Of a DNA stretch of 64,000 nt, positions 11,415-24,773 are shown one piece after another. The stretch lies in the NCBI GenBank assembly GCA_964276515.1, contig OZ193910.1, forward strand, positions 6,572,001-6,636,000, written 5' to 3'. A model generated the notes under the pieces. The model saw only the letters and a list, made by a program, of their open reading frames with translations. It was not told where the DNA came from and searched no databases. A program made the translations under genes and the position numbers. Source of the stretch: Gordius albopunctatus (lineage: Eukaryota). Numbering within the stretch: position 1 is the stretch's first letter; each line of letters begins with the position of its first letter.

Positions 11415-11833
11415 TTTTAAATATTTTTTTGAATCCAGTTACGATCAAGGGCGATCCTTAGCACATAGGGGACGCCGTAGGAATACATTTGTGAATTAAT
11501 TTTTAATTCTAGGCGCCATTTTAAGGGAGATTTAGGGATTTTAGAGTATTTTGCGTCGGGCAGAATGCTAGGTGTCCGCCCTCAACGGAATTGGCGTAGT
11601 GGCGTCTGAAAGGGAGTAAGTAAACAGAGAACGCGATAATGAAACTGTTTCGAGCTGTATAATTACTACCAACAATCAAAAAGTTAAATATTCCACGTAT
11701 TGCGTCATCGATTACGACAAAATACACACATTTCGATGCTCTCGCGTAAATTTTAAGGGATAAAATATGGGTGGGAAATAAAAAAGTAAGAATCTTGCCT
11801 GATTTATAAGCACAATTTTCGCTTTAAATCTAC

Positions 11834-11952
11834 GGTTACGACCATATCACGTTGAAAACACCGGTTCCCTTCCGAACACCGAAGTTAAGCAAAGTTGAGC
11901 CCGGTTAGTACTTGGATGGGTGACTGCTTGGGAATCCCGGGTGTTGTAACCT
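11834..11952 (+). rRNA. 5S rRNA variant
   Basis: C60A, C92T. Confidence 0.85.
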
Positions 11953-12371
11953 TTTTAAATATTTTTTTGAATCCAGTTACGATCAAGGGCGATCCTTAGC
12001 ACATAGGGGACGCCGTAGGAATACATTTGTGAATTAATTTTTAATTCTAGGCGCCATTTTAAGGGAGATTTAGGGATTTTAGAGTATTTTGCGTCGGGCA
12101 GAATGCTAGGTGTCCGCCCTCAACGGAATTGGCGTAGTGGCGTCTGAAAGGGAGTAAGTAAACAGAGAACGCGATAATGAAACTGTTTCGAGCTGTATAA
12201 TTACTACCAACAATCAAAAAGTTAAATATTCCACGTAATGCGTCATCGATTACGACAAAATACACACATTTCGATGCTCTCGCGTAAATTTTAAGTGATA
12301 AAATATGGGTGGGAAATAAAAAAGTAAGAATCTTGCCTGATTTATAAGCACAATTTTCGCTTTAAATCTAC

Positions 12372-12490
12372 GGTTACGACCATATCACGTTGAAAACACC
12401 GGTTCCCTTCCGAACACCGAAGTTAAGCAACGTTGAGCCCGGTTAGTACTTGGATGGGTGACCGCTTGGGAATCCCGGGTGTTGTAACCT
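12372..12490 (+). rRNA. 5S rRNA
   Basis: Majority sequence. Confidence 0.95.
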
Positions 12491-12909
12491 TTTTAAATAT
12501 TTTTTTGAATCCAGTTACGATCAAGGGCGATCCTTAGCACATAGGGGACGCCGTAGGAATACATTTGTGAATTAATTTTTAATTCTAGGCGGCATTTTAA
12601 GGGAGATTTAGGGATTTTAGAGTATTTTGCGTCGGGCAGAATGCTAGGTGTCCGCCCTCAACGGAATTGGCGTAGTGGCGTCTGAAAGGGAGTAAGTAAA
12701 CAGAGAACGCGATAATGAAACTGTTTCGAGCTGTATAATTACTACCAACAATCAAAAAGTTAAATATTCCACGTAATGCGTCATCGATTACGACAAAATA
12801 CACACATTTCGATGCTCTCGCGTAAATTTTAAGTGATAAAATATGGGTGGGAAATAAAAAAGTAAGAATCTTGCCTGATTTATAAGCACAATTTTCGCTT
12901 TAAATCTAC

Positions 12910-13028
12910 GGTTACGACCATATCACGTTGAAAACACCGGTTCCCTTCCGAACACCGAAGTTAAGCAACGTTGAGCCCGGTTAGTACTTGGATGGGTGAC
13001 CGCTTGGGAATCCCGGGTGTTGTAACCT
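12910..13028 (+). rRNA. 5S rRNA
   Basis: Majority sequence. Confidence 0.95.
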
Positions 13029-13457
13029 TTTTAAATATTTTTTTGAATCCAGTTACGATCAAGGGCGATCCTTAGCACATAGGGGACGCCGTAGGAATAC
13101 ATTTGTGAATTAATTTTTAATTCTAGGCGCCATTTTAAGGGAGATTTAGGGATTTTAGAGTATTTTAGAGTATTTTGCGTCGGGCAGAATGCTAGGTGTC
13201 CGCCCTCAACGGAATTGGCGTAGTGGCGTCTGAAAGGGAGTAAGTAAACAGAGAACGCGATAATGAAACTGTTTCGAGCTGTATAATTACTACCAACAAT
13301 CAAAAAGTTAAATATTCCACGTAATGCGTCATCGATTACGACAAAATACACACATTTCGATGCTCTCGCGTAAATTTTAAGTGATAAAATATGGGTGGGA
13401 AATAAAAAAGTAAGAATCTTGCCTGATTTATAAGCACAATTTTCGCTTTAAATCTAC

Positions 13458-13576
13458 GTTTACGACCATATCACGTTGAAAACACCGGTTCCCTTCCGAA
13501 CACCGAAATTAAGCAACGTTGAGCCCGGTTAGTACTTGGATGGGTGACCGCTTGGGAATCCCGGGTGTTGTAACCT
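13458..13576 (+). rRNA. 5S rRNA variant (mosaic)
   Basis: G2T, G51A but G99 intact. Confidence 0.8.
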
Positions 13577-14004
13577 TTTTAAATATTTTTTTGAATCCAG
13601 TTACGATCAAGGGCGATCCTTAGCACATAGGGGACGCCGTAGGAATACATTTGTGAATTAATTTTTAATTCTAGGCGCCATTTTAAGGGAGATTTAGGGA
13701 TTTTAGAGTATTTTAGAGTATTTTGCGTCGGGCAGAATGCTAGGTGTCCGCCCTCAACGGAATTGGCGTAGTGGCGTCTGAAAGGGAGTAAGTAAACAGA
13801 GAACGCGATAATGAAACTGTTTCGAGCTGTATAATTACTACCAACAATCAAAAAGTTAAATATTCCACGTAATGCGTCATCGATTACGACAAAATACACA
13901 CATTTCGATGCTCTCGCGTAAATTTTAAGTGATAAAATATGGGTGGGAAATAAAAAAGTAAGAATCTTGCCTGATTTATAAGCACAATTTTGGATTAAAA
14001 CTAC

Positions 14005-14123
14005 GGTTACGACCATATCACGTTGAAAACACCGGTTCCCTTCCGAACACCGAAGTTAAGCAACGTTGAGCCCGGTTAGTACTTGGATGGGTGACTGCTT
14101 GGGAATCCCGGGTGTTGTAACCT
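14005..14123 (+). rRNA. 5S rRNA variant
   Basis: C92T; altered upstream flank. Confidence 0.9.
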
Positions 14124-14542
14124 TTTTAAATATTTTTTTGAATCCAGTTACGATCAAGGGCGATCCTTAGCACATAGGGGACGCCGTAGGAATACATTTG
14201 TGAATTAATTTTTAATTCTAGGCGCCATTTTAAGGGAGATTTAGGGATTTTAGAGTATTTTGCGTCGGGCAGAATGCTAGGTGTCCGCCCTCAACGGAAT
14301 TGGCGTAGTGGCGTCTGAAAGGGAGTAAGTAAACAGAGAACGCGATAATGAAACTGTTTCGAGCTGTATAATTACTACCAACAATCAAAAAGTTAAATAT
14401 TCCACGTAATGCGTCATCGATTACGACAAAATACACACATTTCGATGCTCTCGCGTAAATTTTAAGTGATAAAATATGGGTGGGAAATAAAAAAGTAAGA
14501 ATCTTGCCTGATTTATAAGCACAATTTTCGCTTTAAATCTAC

Positions 14543-14661
14543 GGTTACGACCATATCACGTTGAAAACACCGGTTCCCTTCCGAACACCGAAGTTAAGCA
14601 ACGTTGAGCCCGGTTAGTACTTGGATGGGTGACCGCTTGGGAATCCCGGGTGTTGTAACCT
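14543..14661 (+). rRNA. 5S rRNA
   Basis: Majority sequence. Confidence 0.95.
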
Positions 14662-15080
14662 TTTTAAATATTTTTTTGAATCCAGTTACGATCAAGGGCG
14701 ATCCTTAGCACATAGGGGACGCCGTAGGAATACATTTGTGAATTAATTTTTAATTCTAGGCGCCATTTTAAGGGAGATTTAGGGATTTTAGAGTATTTTG
14801 CGTCGGGCAGAATGCTAGGTGTCCGCCCTCAACGGAATTGGCGTAGTGGCGTCTGAAAGGGAGTAAGTAAACAGAGAACGCGATAATGAAACTGTTTCGA
14901 GCTGTATAATTACTACCAACAATCAAAAAGTTAAATATTCCACGTAATGCGTCATCGATTACGACAAAATACACACATTTCGATGCTCTCGCGTAAATTT
15001 TAAGTGATAAAATATGGGTGGGAAATAAAAAAGTAAGAATCTTGCCTGATTTATAAGCACAATTTTCGCTTTAAATCTAC

Positions 15081-15199
15081 GGTTACGACCATATCACGTT
15101 GAAAACACCGGTTCCCTTCCGAACACCGAAGTTAAGCAACGTTGAGCCCGGTTAGTACTTGGATGGGTGACCGCTTGGGAATCCCGGGTGTTGTAACCT
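15081..15199 (+). rRNA. 5S rRNA
   Basis: Majority sequence. Confidence 0.95.
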
Positions 15200-15617
15200 T
15201 TTTAAATATTTTTTTGAATCCAGTTACGATCAAGGGCGATCCTTAGCACATAGGGGACGCCGTAGGAATACATTTGTGAATTAATTTTTAATTCTAGGCG
15301 CCATTTTAAGGGAGATTTAGGGATTTTAGAGTATTTTGCGTCGGGCAGAATGCTAGGTGTCCGTCCTGAACGGAATTGGCGTATAGCGTGTGAAAGGGAG
15401 TGAGTAAACCGAGAACGCGATAATGAAACTGTTTCGAGCTGTATAATTACTACCAACAATCAAAAAGTTAAATATTCCACGTATTGCGTCATCGATTACG
15501 ACAAAATACACACATTTCGATGCTCTCGCGTAAATTTTAAGGGATAAAATATGGGTGGGAAATAAAAAAGTAAGAATCTTGCCTGATTTATAAGCACAAT
15601 TTTCGCTTTAAATCTAC

Positions 15618-15736
15618 GGTTACGACCATATCACGTTGAAAACACCGGTTCCCTTCCGAACACCGAAGTTAAGCAACGTTGAGCCCGGTTAGTACTTGGA
15701 TGGGTGACCGCTTGGGAATCCCGGGTGTTGTAACCT
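15618..15736 (+). rRNA. 5S rRNA
   Basis: Majority sequence. Confidence 0.95.
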
Positions 15737-16165
15737 TTTTAAATATTTTTTTGAATCCAGTTACGATCAAGGGCGATCCTTAGCACATAGGGGACGCCGT
15801 AGGAATACATTTGTGAATTAATTTTTAATTCTAGGCGCCATTTTAAGGGAGATTTAGGGATTTTAGAGTATTTTAGAGTATTTTGCGTCGGGCAGAATGC
15901 TAGGTGTCCGCCCTCAACGGAATTGGCGTAGTGGCGTCTGAAAGGGAGTAAGTAAACAGAGAACGCGATAATGAAACTGTTTCGAGCTGTATAATTACTA
16001 CCAACAATCAAAAAGTTAAATATTCCACGTAATGCGTCATCGATTACGACAAAATACACACATTTCGATGCTCTCGCGTAAATTTTAAGTGATAAAATAT
16101 GGGTGGGAAATAAAAAAGTAAGAATCTTGCCTGATTTATAAGCACAATTTTCGCTTTAAATCTAC

Positions 16166-16284
16166 GTTTACGACCATATCACGTTGAAAACACCGGTTCC
16201 CTTCCGAACACCGAAATTAAGCAACGTTGAGCCCGGTTAGTACTTGGATGGGTGACCGCTTGGAAATCCCGGGTGTTGTAACCT
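16166..16284 (+). rRNA. 5S rRNA variant
   Basis: G2T, G51A, G99A. Confidence 0.8.
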
Positions 16285-16701
16285 TTTTAAATATTTTTTT
16301 GAATTCAGTTACGATCAGGGGCGATCCTTAGCACATAGGGGACGCCGTAGGAATACATTTGTGAATTAATTTTTAATTCTAGGCGCCATTTTATAGGAGA
16401 TTTAGGGATTTTAGAGTATTTTGCGTCGGGCAGGATGCTAGGTGTCCGTCCTCAACGGAATTGGCGTATAGCGTGTGAAAGGGAGTGAGTAAACCGAGAA
16501 CGCGATAATGAAACTGTTTCGAGCTGTATAATTACTACCAACAATCAAAAAGTTAAATATTCCACGTATTGCGTCATCGATTACGACAAAATACACACAT
16601 TTCGATGCTCTCGCGTAAATTTTAAGGGATAAAATATGGGTGGGAAATAAAAAAGTAAGAATCTTGCCTGATTTATAAGCACAATTTTGGATTAAAACTA
16701 C

Positions 16702-16820
16702 GGTTACGACCATATCACGTTGAAAACACCGGTTCCCTTCCGAACACCGAAGTTAAGCAACGTTGAGCCCGGTTAGTACTTGGATGGGTGACTGCTTGGG
16801 AATCCCGGGTGTTGTAACCT
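16702..16820 (+). rRNA. 5S rRNA variant
   Basis: C92T; altered upstream flank. Confidence 0.9.
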
Positions 16821-17238
16821 TTTTAAATATTTTTTTGAATCCAGTTACGATCAAGGGCGATCCTTAGCACATAGGGGACGCCGTAGGAATACATTTGTGA
16901 ATTAATTTTTAATTCTAGGCGTGATTTTAAGGGAGATTTAGGGATTTTAGAGTATTTTGCGTCGGGCAGAATGCTAGGTGTCCGCCCTCAACGGAATTGG
17001 CGTAGTGGCGTCTGAAAGGGAGTAAGTAAACAGAGAACGCGATAATGAAACTGTTTCGAGCTGTATAATTACTACCAACAATCAAAAAGTTAAATATTCC
17101 ACGTAATGCGTCATCGATTACGACAAAATACACACATTTCGATGCTCTCGCGTAAATTTTAAGTGATAAAATATGGGTGGGAAATAAAAAAGTAAGAATC
17201 TTGCCTGATTTATAAGCACAATTTTCGCTTTAAATCTA

Positions 17239-17357
17239 GGTTACGACCATATCACGTTGAAAACACCGGTTCCCTTCCGAACACCGAAGTTAAGCAACGT
17301 TGAGCACGGTTAGTACTTGGATGGGTGACCGCTTGGGAATCCCGGGTGTTGTAACCT
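17239..17357 (+). rRNA. 5S rRNA variant
   Basis: C68A; C at -1 deleted. Confidence 0.85.
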
Positions 17358-17776
17358 TTTTAAATATTTTTTTGAATCCAGTTACGATCAAGGGCGATCC
17401 TTAGCACATAGGGGACGCCGTAGGAATACATTTGTGAATTAATTTTTAATTCTAGGCGCCATTTTAAGGGAGATTTAGGGATTTTAGAGTATTTTGCCTC
17501 GGGCAGAATGCTAGGTGTCCGCCCTCAACGGAATTGGCGTAGTGGCGTCTGAAAGGGAGTAAGTAAACAGAGAACGCGATAATGAAACTGTTTCGAGCTG
17601 TATAATTACTACCAACAATCAAAAAGTTAAATATTCCACGTATTGCGTCATCGATTACGACAAAATACACACATTTCGATGCTCTCGCGTAAATTTTAAG
17701 GGATAAAATATGGGTGGGAAATAAAAAAGTAAGAATCTTGCCTGATTTATAAGCACAATTTTCGCTTTAAATCTAC

Positions 17777-17895
17777 GGTTACGACCATATCACGTTGAAA
17801 ACACCGGTTCCCTTCCGAACACCGAAGTTAAGCAAAGTTGAGCCCGGTTAGTACTTGGATGGGTGACTGCTTGGGAATCCCGGGTGTTGTAACCT
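17777..17895 (+). rRNA. 5S rRNA variant
   Basis: C60A, C92T. Confidence 0.85.
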
Positions 17896-18314
17896 TTTTA
17901 AATATTTTTTTGAATCCAGTTACGATCAAGGGCGATCCTTAGCACATAGGGGACGCCGTAGGAATACATTTGTGAATTAATTTTTAATTCTAGGCGCCAT
18001 TTTAAGGGAGATTTAGGGATTTTAGAGTATTTTGCGTCGGGCAGAATGCTAGGTGTCCGCCCTCAACGGAATTGGCGTAGTGGCGTCTGAAAGGGAGTAA
18101 GTAAACAGAGAACGCGATAATGAAACTGTTTCGAGCTGTATAATTACTACCAACAATCAAAAAGTTAAATATTCCACGTAATGCGTCATCGATTACGACA
18201 AAATACACACATTTCGATGCTCTCGCGTAAATTTTAAGTGATAAAATATGGGTGGGAAATAAAAAAGTAAGAATCTTGCCTGATTTATAAGCACAATTTT
18301 CGCTTTAAATCTAC

Positions 18315-18433
18315 GGTTACGACCATATCACGTTGAAAACACCGGTTCCCTTCCGAACACCGAAGTTAAGCAACGTTGAGCCCGGTTAGTACTTGGATGG
18401 GTGACCGCTTGGGAATCCCGGGTGTTGTAACCT
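18315..18433 (+). rRNA. 5S rRNA
   Basis: Majority sequence. Confidence 0.95.
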
Positions 18434-18852
18434 TTTTAAATATTTTTTTGAATCCAGTTACGATCAAGGGCGATCCTTAGCACATAGGGGACGCCGTAGG
18501 AATACATTTGTGAATTAATTTTTAATTCTAGGCGGCATTTTAAGGGAGATTTAGGGATTTTAGAGTATTTTGCGTCGGGCAGAATGCTAGGTGTCCGCCC
18601 TCAACGGAATTGGCGTAGTGGCGTCTGAAAGGGAGTAAGTAAACAGAGAACGCGATAATGAAACTGTTTCGAGCTGTATAATTACTACCAACAATCAAAA
18701 AGTTAAATATTCCACGTAATGCGTCATCGATTACGACAAAATACACACATTTCGATGCTCTCGCGTAAATTTTAAGTGATAAAATATGGGTGGGAAATAA
18801 AAAAGTAAGAATCTTGCCTGATTTATAAGCACAATTTTCGCTTTAAATCTAC

Positions 18853-18971
18853 GGTTACGACCATATCACGTTGAAAACACCGGTTCCCTTCCGAACACCG
18901 AAGTTAAGCAACGTTGAGCCCGGTTAGTACTTGGATGGGTGACCGCTTGGGAATCCCGGGTGTTGTAACCT
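18853..18971 (+). rRNA. 5S rRNA
   Basis: Majority sequence. Confidence 0.95.
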
Positions 18972-19400
18972 TTTTAAATATTTTTTTGAATCCAGTTACG
19001 ATCAAGGGCGATCCTTAGCACATAGGGGACGCCGTAGGAATACATTTGTGAATTAATTTTTAATTCTAGGCGCCATTTTAAGGGAGATTTAGGGATTTTA
19101 GAGTATTTTAGAGTATTTTGCGTCGGGCAGAATGCTAGGTGTCCGCCCTCAACGGAATTGGCGTAGTGGCGTCTGAAAGGGAGTAAGTAAACAGAGAACG
19201 CGATAATGAAACTGTTTCGAGCTGTATAATTACTACCAACAATCAAAAAGTTAAATATTCCACGTAATGCGTCATCGATTACGACAAAATACACACATTT
19301 CGATGCTCTCGCGTAAATTTTAAGTGATAAAATATGGGTGGGAAATAAAAAAGTAAGAATCTTGCCTGATTTATAAGCACAATTTTCGCTTTAAATCTAC

Positions 19401-19519
19401 GTTTACGACCATATCACGTTGAAAACACCGGTTCCCTTCCGAACACCGAAATTAAGCAACGTTGAGCCCGGTTAGTACTTGGATGGGTGACCGCTTGGAA
19501 ATCCCGGGTGTTGTAACCT
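19401..19519 (+). rRNA. 5S rRNA variant
   Basis: G2T, G51A, G99A. Confidence 0.8.
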
Positions 19520-19936
19520 TTTTAAATATTTTTTTGAATTCAGTTACGATCAGGGGCGATCCTTAGCACATAGGGGACGCCGTAGGAATACATTTGTGAA
19601 TTAATTTTTAATTCTAGGCGCCATTTTATAGGAGATTTAGGGATTTTAGAGTATTTTGCGTCGGGCAGGATGCTAGGTGTCCGTCCTCAACGGAATTGGC
19701 GTATAGCGTGTGAAAGGGAGTGAGTAAACCGAGAACGCGATAATGAAACTGTTTCGAGCTGTATAATTACTACCAACAATCAAAAAGTTAAATATTCCAC
19801 GTATTGCGTCATCGATTACGACAAAATACACACATTTCGATGCTCTCGCGTAAATTTTAAGGGATAAAATATGGGTGGGAAATAAAAAAGTAAGAATCTT
19901 GCCTGATTTATAAGCACAATTTTGGATTAAAACTAC

Positions 19937-20055
19937 GGTTACGACCATATCACGTTGAAAACACCGGTTCCCTTCCGAACACCGAAGTTAAGCAACGTTG
20001 AGCCCGGTTAGTACTTGGATGGGTGACTGCTTGGGAATCCCGGGTGTTGTAACCT
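19937..20055 (+). rRNA. 5S rRNA variant
   Basis: C92T; altered upstream flank. Confidence 0.9.
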
Positions 20056-20473
20056 TTTTAAATATTTTTTTGAATCCAGTTACGATCAAGGGCGATCCTT
20101 AGCACATAGGGGACGCCGTAGGAATACATTTGTGAATTAATTTTTAATTCTAGGCGTGATTTTAAGGGAGATTTAGGGATTTTAGAGTATTTTGCGTCGG
20201 GCAGAATGCTAGGTGTCCGCCCTCAACGGAATTGGCGTAGTGGCGTCTGAAAGGGAGTAAGTAAACAGAGAACGCGATAATGAAACTGTTTCGAGCTGTA
20301 TAATTACTACCAACAATCAAAAAGTTAAATATTCCACGTAATGCGTCATCGATTACGACAAAATACACACATTTCGATGCTCTCGCGTAAATTTTAAGTG
20401 ATAAAATATGGGTGGGAAATAAAAAAGTAAGAATCTTGCCTGATTTATAAGCACAATTTTCGCTTTAAATCTA

Positions 20474-20592
20474 GGTTACGACCATATCACGTTGAAAACA
20501 CCGGTTCCCTTCCGAACACCGAAGTTAAGCAACGTTGAGCACGGTTAGTACTTGGATGGGTGACCGCTTGGGAATCCCGGGTGTTGTAACCT
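20474..20592 (+). rRNA. 5S rRNA variant
   Basis: C68A; C at -1 deleted. Confidence 0.85.
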
Positions 20593-21011
20593 TTTTAAAT
20601 ATTTTTTTGAATCCAGTTACGATCAAGGGCGATCCTTAGCACATAGGGGACGCCGTAGGAATACATTTGTGAATTAATTTTTAATTCTAGGCGCCATTTT
20701 AAGGGAGATTTAGGGATTTTAGAGTATTTTGCCTCGGGCAGAATGCTAGGTGTCCGCCCTCAACGGAATTGGCGTAGTGGCGTCTGAAAGGGAGTAAGTA
20801 AACAGAGAACGCGATAATGAAACTGTTTCGAGCTGTATAATTACTACCAACAATCAAAAAGTTAAATATTCCACGTATTGCGTCATCGATTACGACAAAA
20901 TACACACATTTCGATGCTCTCGCGTAAATTTTAAGGGATAAAATATGGGTGGGAAATAAAAAAGTAAGAATCTTGCCTGATTTATAAGCACAATTTTCGC
21001 TTTAAATCTAC

Positions 21012-21130
21012 GGTTACGACCATATCACGTTGAAAACACCGGTTCCCTTCCGAACACCGAAGTTAAGCAAAGTTGAGCCCGGTTAGTACTTGGATGGGTG
21101 ACTGCTTGGGAATCCCGGGTGTTGTAACCT
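21012..21130 (+). rRNA. 5S rRNA variant
   Basis: C60A, C92T. Confidence 0.85.
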
Positions 21131-21549
21131 TTTTAAATATTTTTTTGAATCCAGTTACGATCAAGGGCGATCCTTAGCACATAGGGGACGCCGTAGGAAT
21201 ACATTTGTGAATTAATTTTTAATTCTAGGCGCCATTTTAAGGGAGATTTAGGGATTTTAGAGTATTTTGCGTCGGGCAGAATGCTAGGTGTCCGCCCTCA
21301 ACGGAATTGGCGTAGTGGCGTCTGAAAGGGAGTAAGTAAACAGAGAACGCGATAATGAAACTGTTTCGAGCTGTATAATTACTACCAACAATCAAAAAGT
21401 TAAATATTCCACGTAATGCGTCATCGATTACGACAAAATACACACATTTCGATGCTCTCGCGTAAATTTTAAGTGATAAAATATGGGTGGGAAATAAAAA
21501 AGTAAGAATCTTGCCTGATTTATAAGCACAATTTTCGCTTTAAATCTAC

Positions 21550-21668
21550 GGTTACGACCATATCACGTTGAAAACACCGGTTCCCTTCCGAACACCGAAG
21601 TTAAGCAACGTTGAGCCCGGTTAGTACTTGGATGGGTGACCGCTTGGGAATCCCGGGTGTTGTAACCT
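21550..21668 (+). rRNA. 5S rRNA
   Basis: Majority sequence. Confidence 0.95.
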
Positions 21669-22087
21669 TTTTAAATATTTTTTTGAATCCAGTTACGATC
21701 AAGGGCGATCCTTAGCACATAGGGGACGCCGTAGGAATACATTTGTGAATTAATTTTTAATTCTAGGCGGCATTTTAAGGGAGATTTAGGGATTTTAGAG
21801 TATTTTGCGTCGGGCAGAATGCTAGGTGTCCGCCCTCAACGGAATTGGCGTAGTGGCGTCTGAAAGGGAGTAAGTAAACAGAGAACGCGATAATGAAACT
21901 GTTTCGAGCTGTATAATTACTACCAACAATCAAAAAGTTAAATATTCCACGTAATGCGTCATCGATTACGACAAAATACACACATTTCGATGCTCTCGCG
22001 TAAATTTTAAGTGATAAAATATGGGTGGGAAATAAAAAAGTAAGAATCTTGCCTGATTTATAAGCACAATTTTCGCTTTAAATCTAC

Positions 22088-22206
22088 GGTTACGACCATA
22101 TCACGTTGAAAACACCGGTTCCCTTCCGAACACCGAAGTTAAGCAACGTTGAGCCCGGTTAGTACTTGGATGGGTGACCGCTTGGGAATCCCGGGTGTTG
22201 TAACCT
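22088..22206 (+). rRNA. 5S rRNA
   Basis: Majority sequence. Confidence 0.95.
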
Positions 22207-22624
22207 TTTTAAATATTTTTTTGAATCCAGTTACGATCAAGGGCGATCCTTAGCACATAGGGGACGCCGTAGGAATACATTTGTGAATTAATTTTTAATT
22301 CTAGGCGCCATTTTATAGGAGATTTAGGGATTTTAGAGTATTTTGCGTCGGGCAGAATGCTAGGTGTCCGTCCTCAACGGAATTGGCGTATAGCGTCTGA
22401 AAGGGAGTAAGTAAACCGAAAACGCGATAATGAAACTGTTTCGAGCTGTATAATTACTACCAACAATCAAAAAGTTAAATATTCCACGTATTGCGTCATC
22501 GATTACGACAAAATACATACATTTCGATGCTCTCGCGTAAATTTTAAGTGATAAAATATGGGTGGGAAATAAAAAAGTAAGAATCTTGCCTGATTTATAA
22601 GCACAATTTTCGCTTTAAATCTAC

Positions 22625-22743
22625 GGTTACGACCATATCACGTTGAAAACACCGGTTCCCTTCCGAACACCGAAGTTAAGCAACGTTGAGCCCGGTTAGT
22701 ACTTGGATGGGTGACCGCTTGGGAATCCCGGGTGTTGTAACCT
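22625..22743 (+). rRNA. 5S rRNA
   Basis: Majority sequence. Confidence 0.95.
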
Positions 22744-23161
22744 TTTTAAATATTTTTTTGAATCCAGTTACGATCAAGGGCGATCCTTAGCACATAGGGG
22801 ACGCCGTAGGAATACATTTGTGAATTAATTTTTAATTCTAGGCGCCATTTTATAGGAGATTTAGGGATTTTAGAGTATTTTGCGTCGGGCAGAATGCTAG
22901 GTGTCCGTCCTCAACGGAATTGGCGTATAGCGTCTGAAAGGGACTAAGTAAATCGAGAAAGCGATAATGAAACTGTTTCGAGCTGTATAATTACTACCAA
23001 CAATCAAAAAGTTAAATATTCCACGTATTGCGTCATCGATTACGACTAAATACACACATTTCGATGCTCTCGCGTCAATTTTAAGTGATAAAATATGGGT
23101 GGGAAATAAAAAAGTAAGAATCTTGCCTGATTTATAAGCACAATTTTCGCTCTAAATCTAC

Positions 23162-23280
23162 GGTTACGATCATATCACGTTGAAAACACCGGTTCCCTTC
23201 CGAACACCGAAGTTAAGCAACGTTGAGCCCGGTTAGTACTTGGATGTGTGACCGCTTGGGAATCCCGGGTGTTGTAGCCT
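23162..23280 (+). rRNA. 5S rRNA variant
   Basis: C9T, G86T, A116G. Confidence 0.8.
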
Positions 23281-23698
23281 TTTTAAATATTTTTTTGAAT
23301 CCAGTTACGATCAGGGGCGATCCTTAGCACATAGGGGACGCCGTAGGAATACATTTGTGAATTAATTTTTAATTCTAGGCGCCATTTTATAGGAGATTTA
23401 GGGATTTTAGAGTATTTTGCGTCGGGCAGAATGCTAGGTGTCCGTCCTCAACGGAATTGGCGTATAGCGTCTGAAAGGGAGTAAGTAAATCGAGAACGCG
23501 ATAATGAAACTGTTTCGAGCTGTATAATTACTACCAACAATCAAAAAGTTAAATATTTTACGTATTGCGTCATCGACTACGACTAAATACACACATTTCG
23601 ATGCTCTCGCGTCAATTTTAAGTGATAAAATATGGATGGGAAATAAAAAAGTAAGAATCTTGATTGATTTATAAGCACGATTTTCGCTTTAAATCCAC

Positions 23699-23817
23699 GG
23701 TTACGACCATATCACTTTGAAAACACCGGTTCCCTTCCGAACACCGAAGTTAAGCAACGTTGAGCCCGGTTAGTACTTGGATGGGTGACCGCTTGGGAAT
23801 CCCGGGTGTTGTAACCT
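23699..23817 (+). rRNA. 5S rRNA variant
   Basis: G18T. Confidence 0.85.
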
Positions 23818-24235
23818 TTTTAAATATTTTTTTGAATCCAGTTACGATCAAGGGCGATCCTTAGCACATAGGGGACGCCGTAGGAATACATTTGTGAATT
23901 AATTTTTAATTCTAGGCGCCATTTTAAGGGAGATTTAGGGATTTTAGAGTATTTTGCGTCGGGCAGAATGCTAGGTGTCCGTCCTCAACGGAATTGGCGT
24001 ATAGCGTCTGAAAGGGAGTAAGTAAACCGAAAACGCGATAATGAAACTGTTTCGAGTTGTATAATTACTACCAACAATCAAAAAGTTAAATATTCCACGT
24101 AATGCGTCATCGATTACGACAAAATACACACATTTCGATGCTCTCGCGTAAATTTTAAGTGATAAAATATGGGTGGGAAATAAAAAAGTAAGAATCTTGC
24201 CTGATTTATAAGCACAATTTTCGCTTTAAATCCAC

Positions 24236-24354
24236 GGTTACGACCATATCACGTTGAAAACACCGGTTCCCTTCCGAACACCGAAGTTAAGCAACGTTGA
24301 GCCCGGTTAGTACTTGGATGGGTGACCGCTTGGGAATCCCGGGTGTTGTAACCT
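24236..24354 (+). rRNA. 5S rRNA
   Basis: Majority sequence. Confidence 0.95.
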
Positions 24355-24773
24355 TTTTAAATATTTTTTTGAATCCAGTTACGATCAAGGGCGATCCTTA
24401 GCACATAGGGGACGCCGTAGGAATACATTTGTGAATTAATTTTTAATTCTAGGCGGCATTTTAAGGGAGATTTAGGGATTTTAGAGTATTTTGCGTCGGG
24501 CAGAATGCTAGGTGTCCGCCCTCAACGGAATTGGCGTAGTGGCGTCTGAAAGGGAGTAAGTAAACAGAGAACGCGATAATGAAACTGTTTCGAGCTGTAT
24601 AATTACTACCAACAATCAAAAAGTTAAATATTCCACGTAATGCGTCATCGATTACGACAAAATACACACATTTCGATGCTCTCGCGTAAATTTTAAGTGA
24701 TAAAATATGGGTGGGAAATAAAAAAGTAAGAATCTTGCCTGATTTATAAGCACAATTTTCGCTTTAAATCTAC

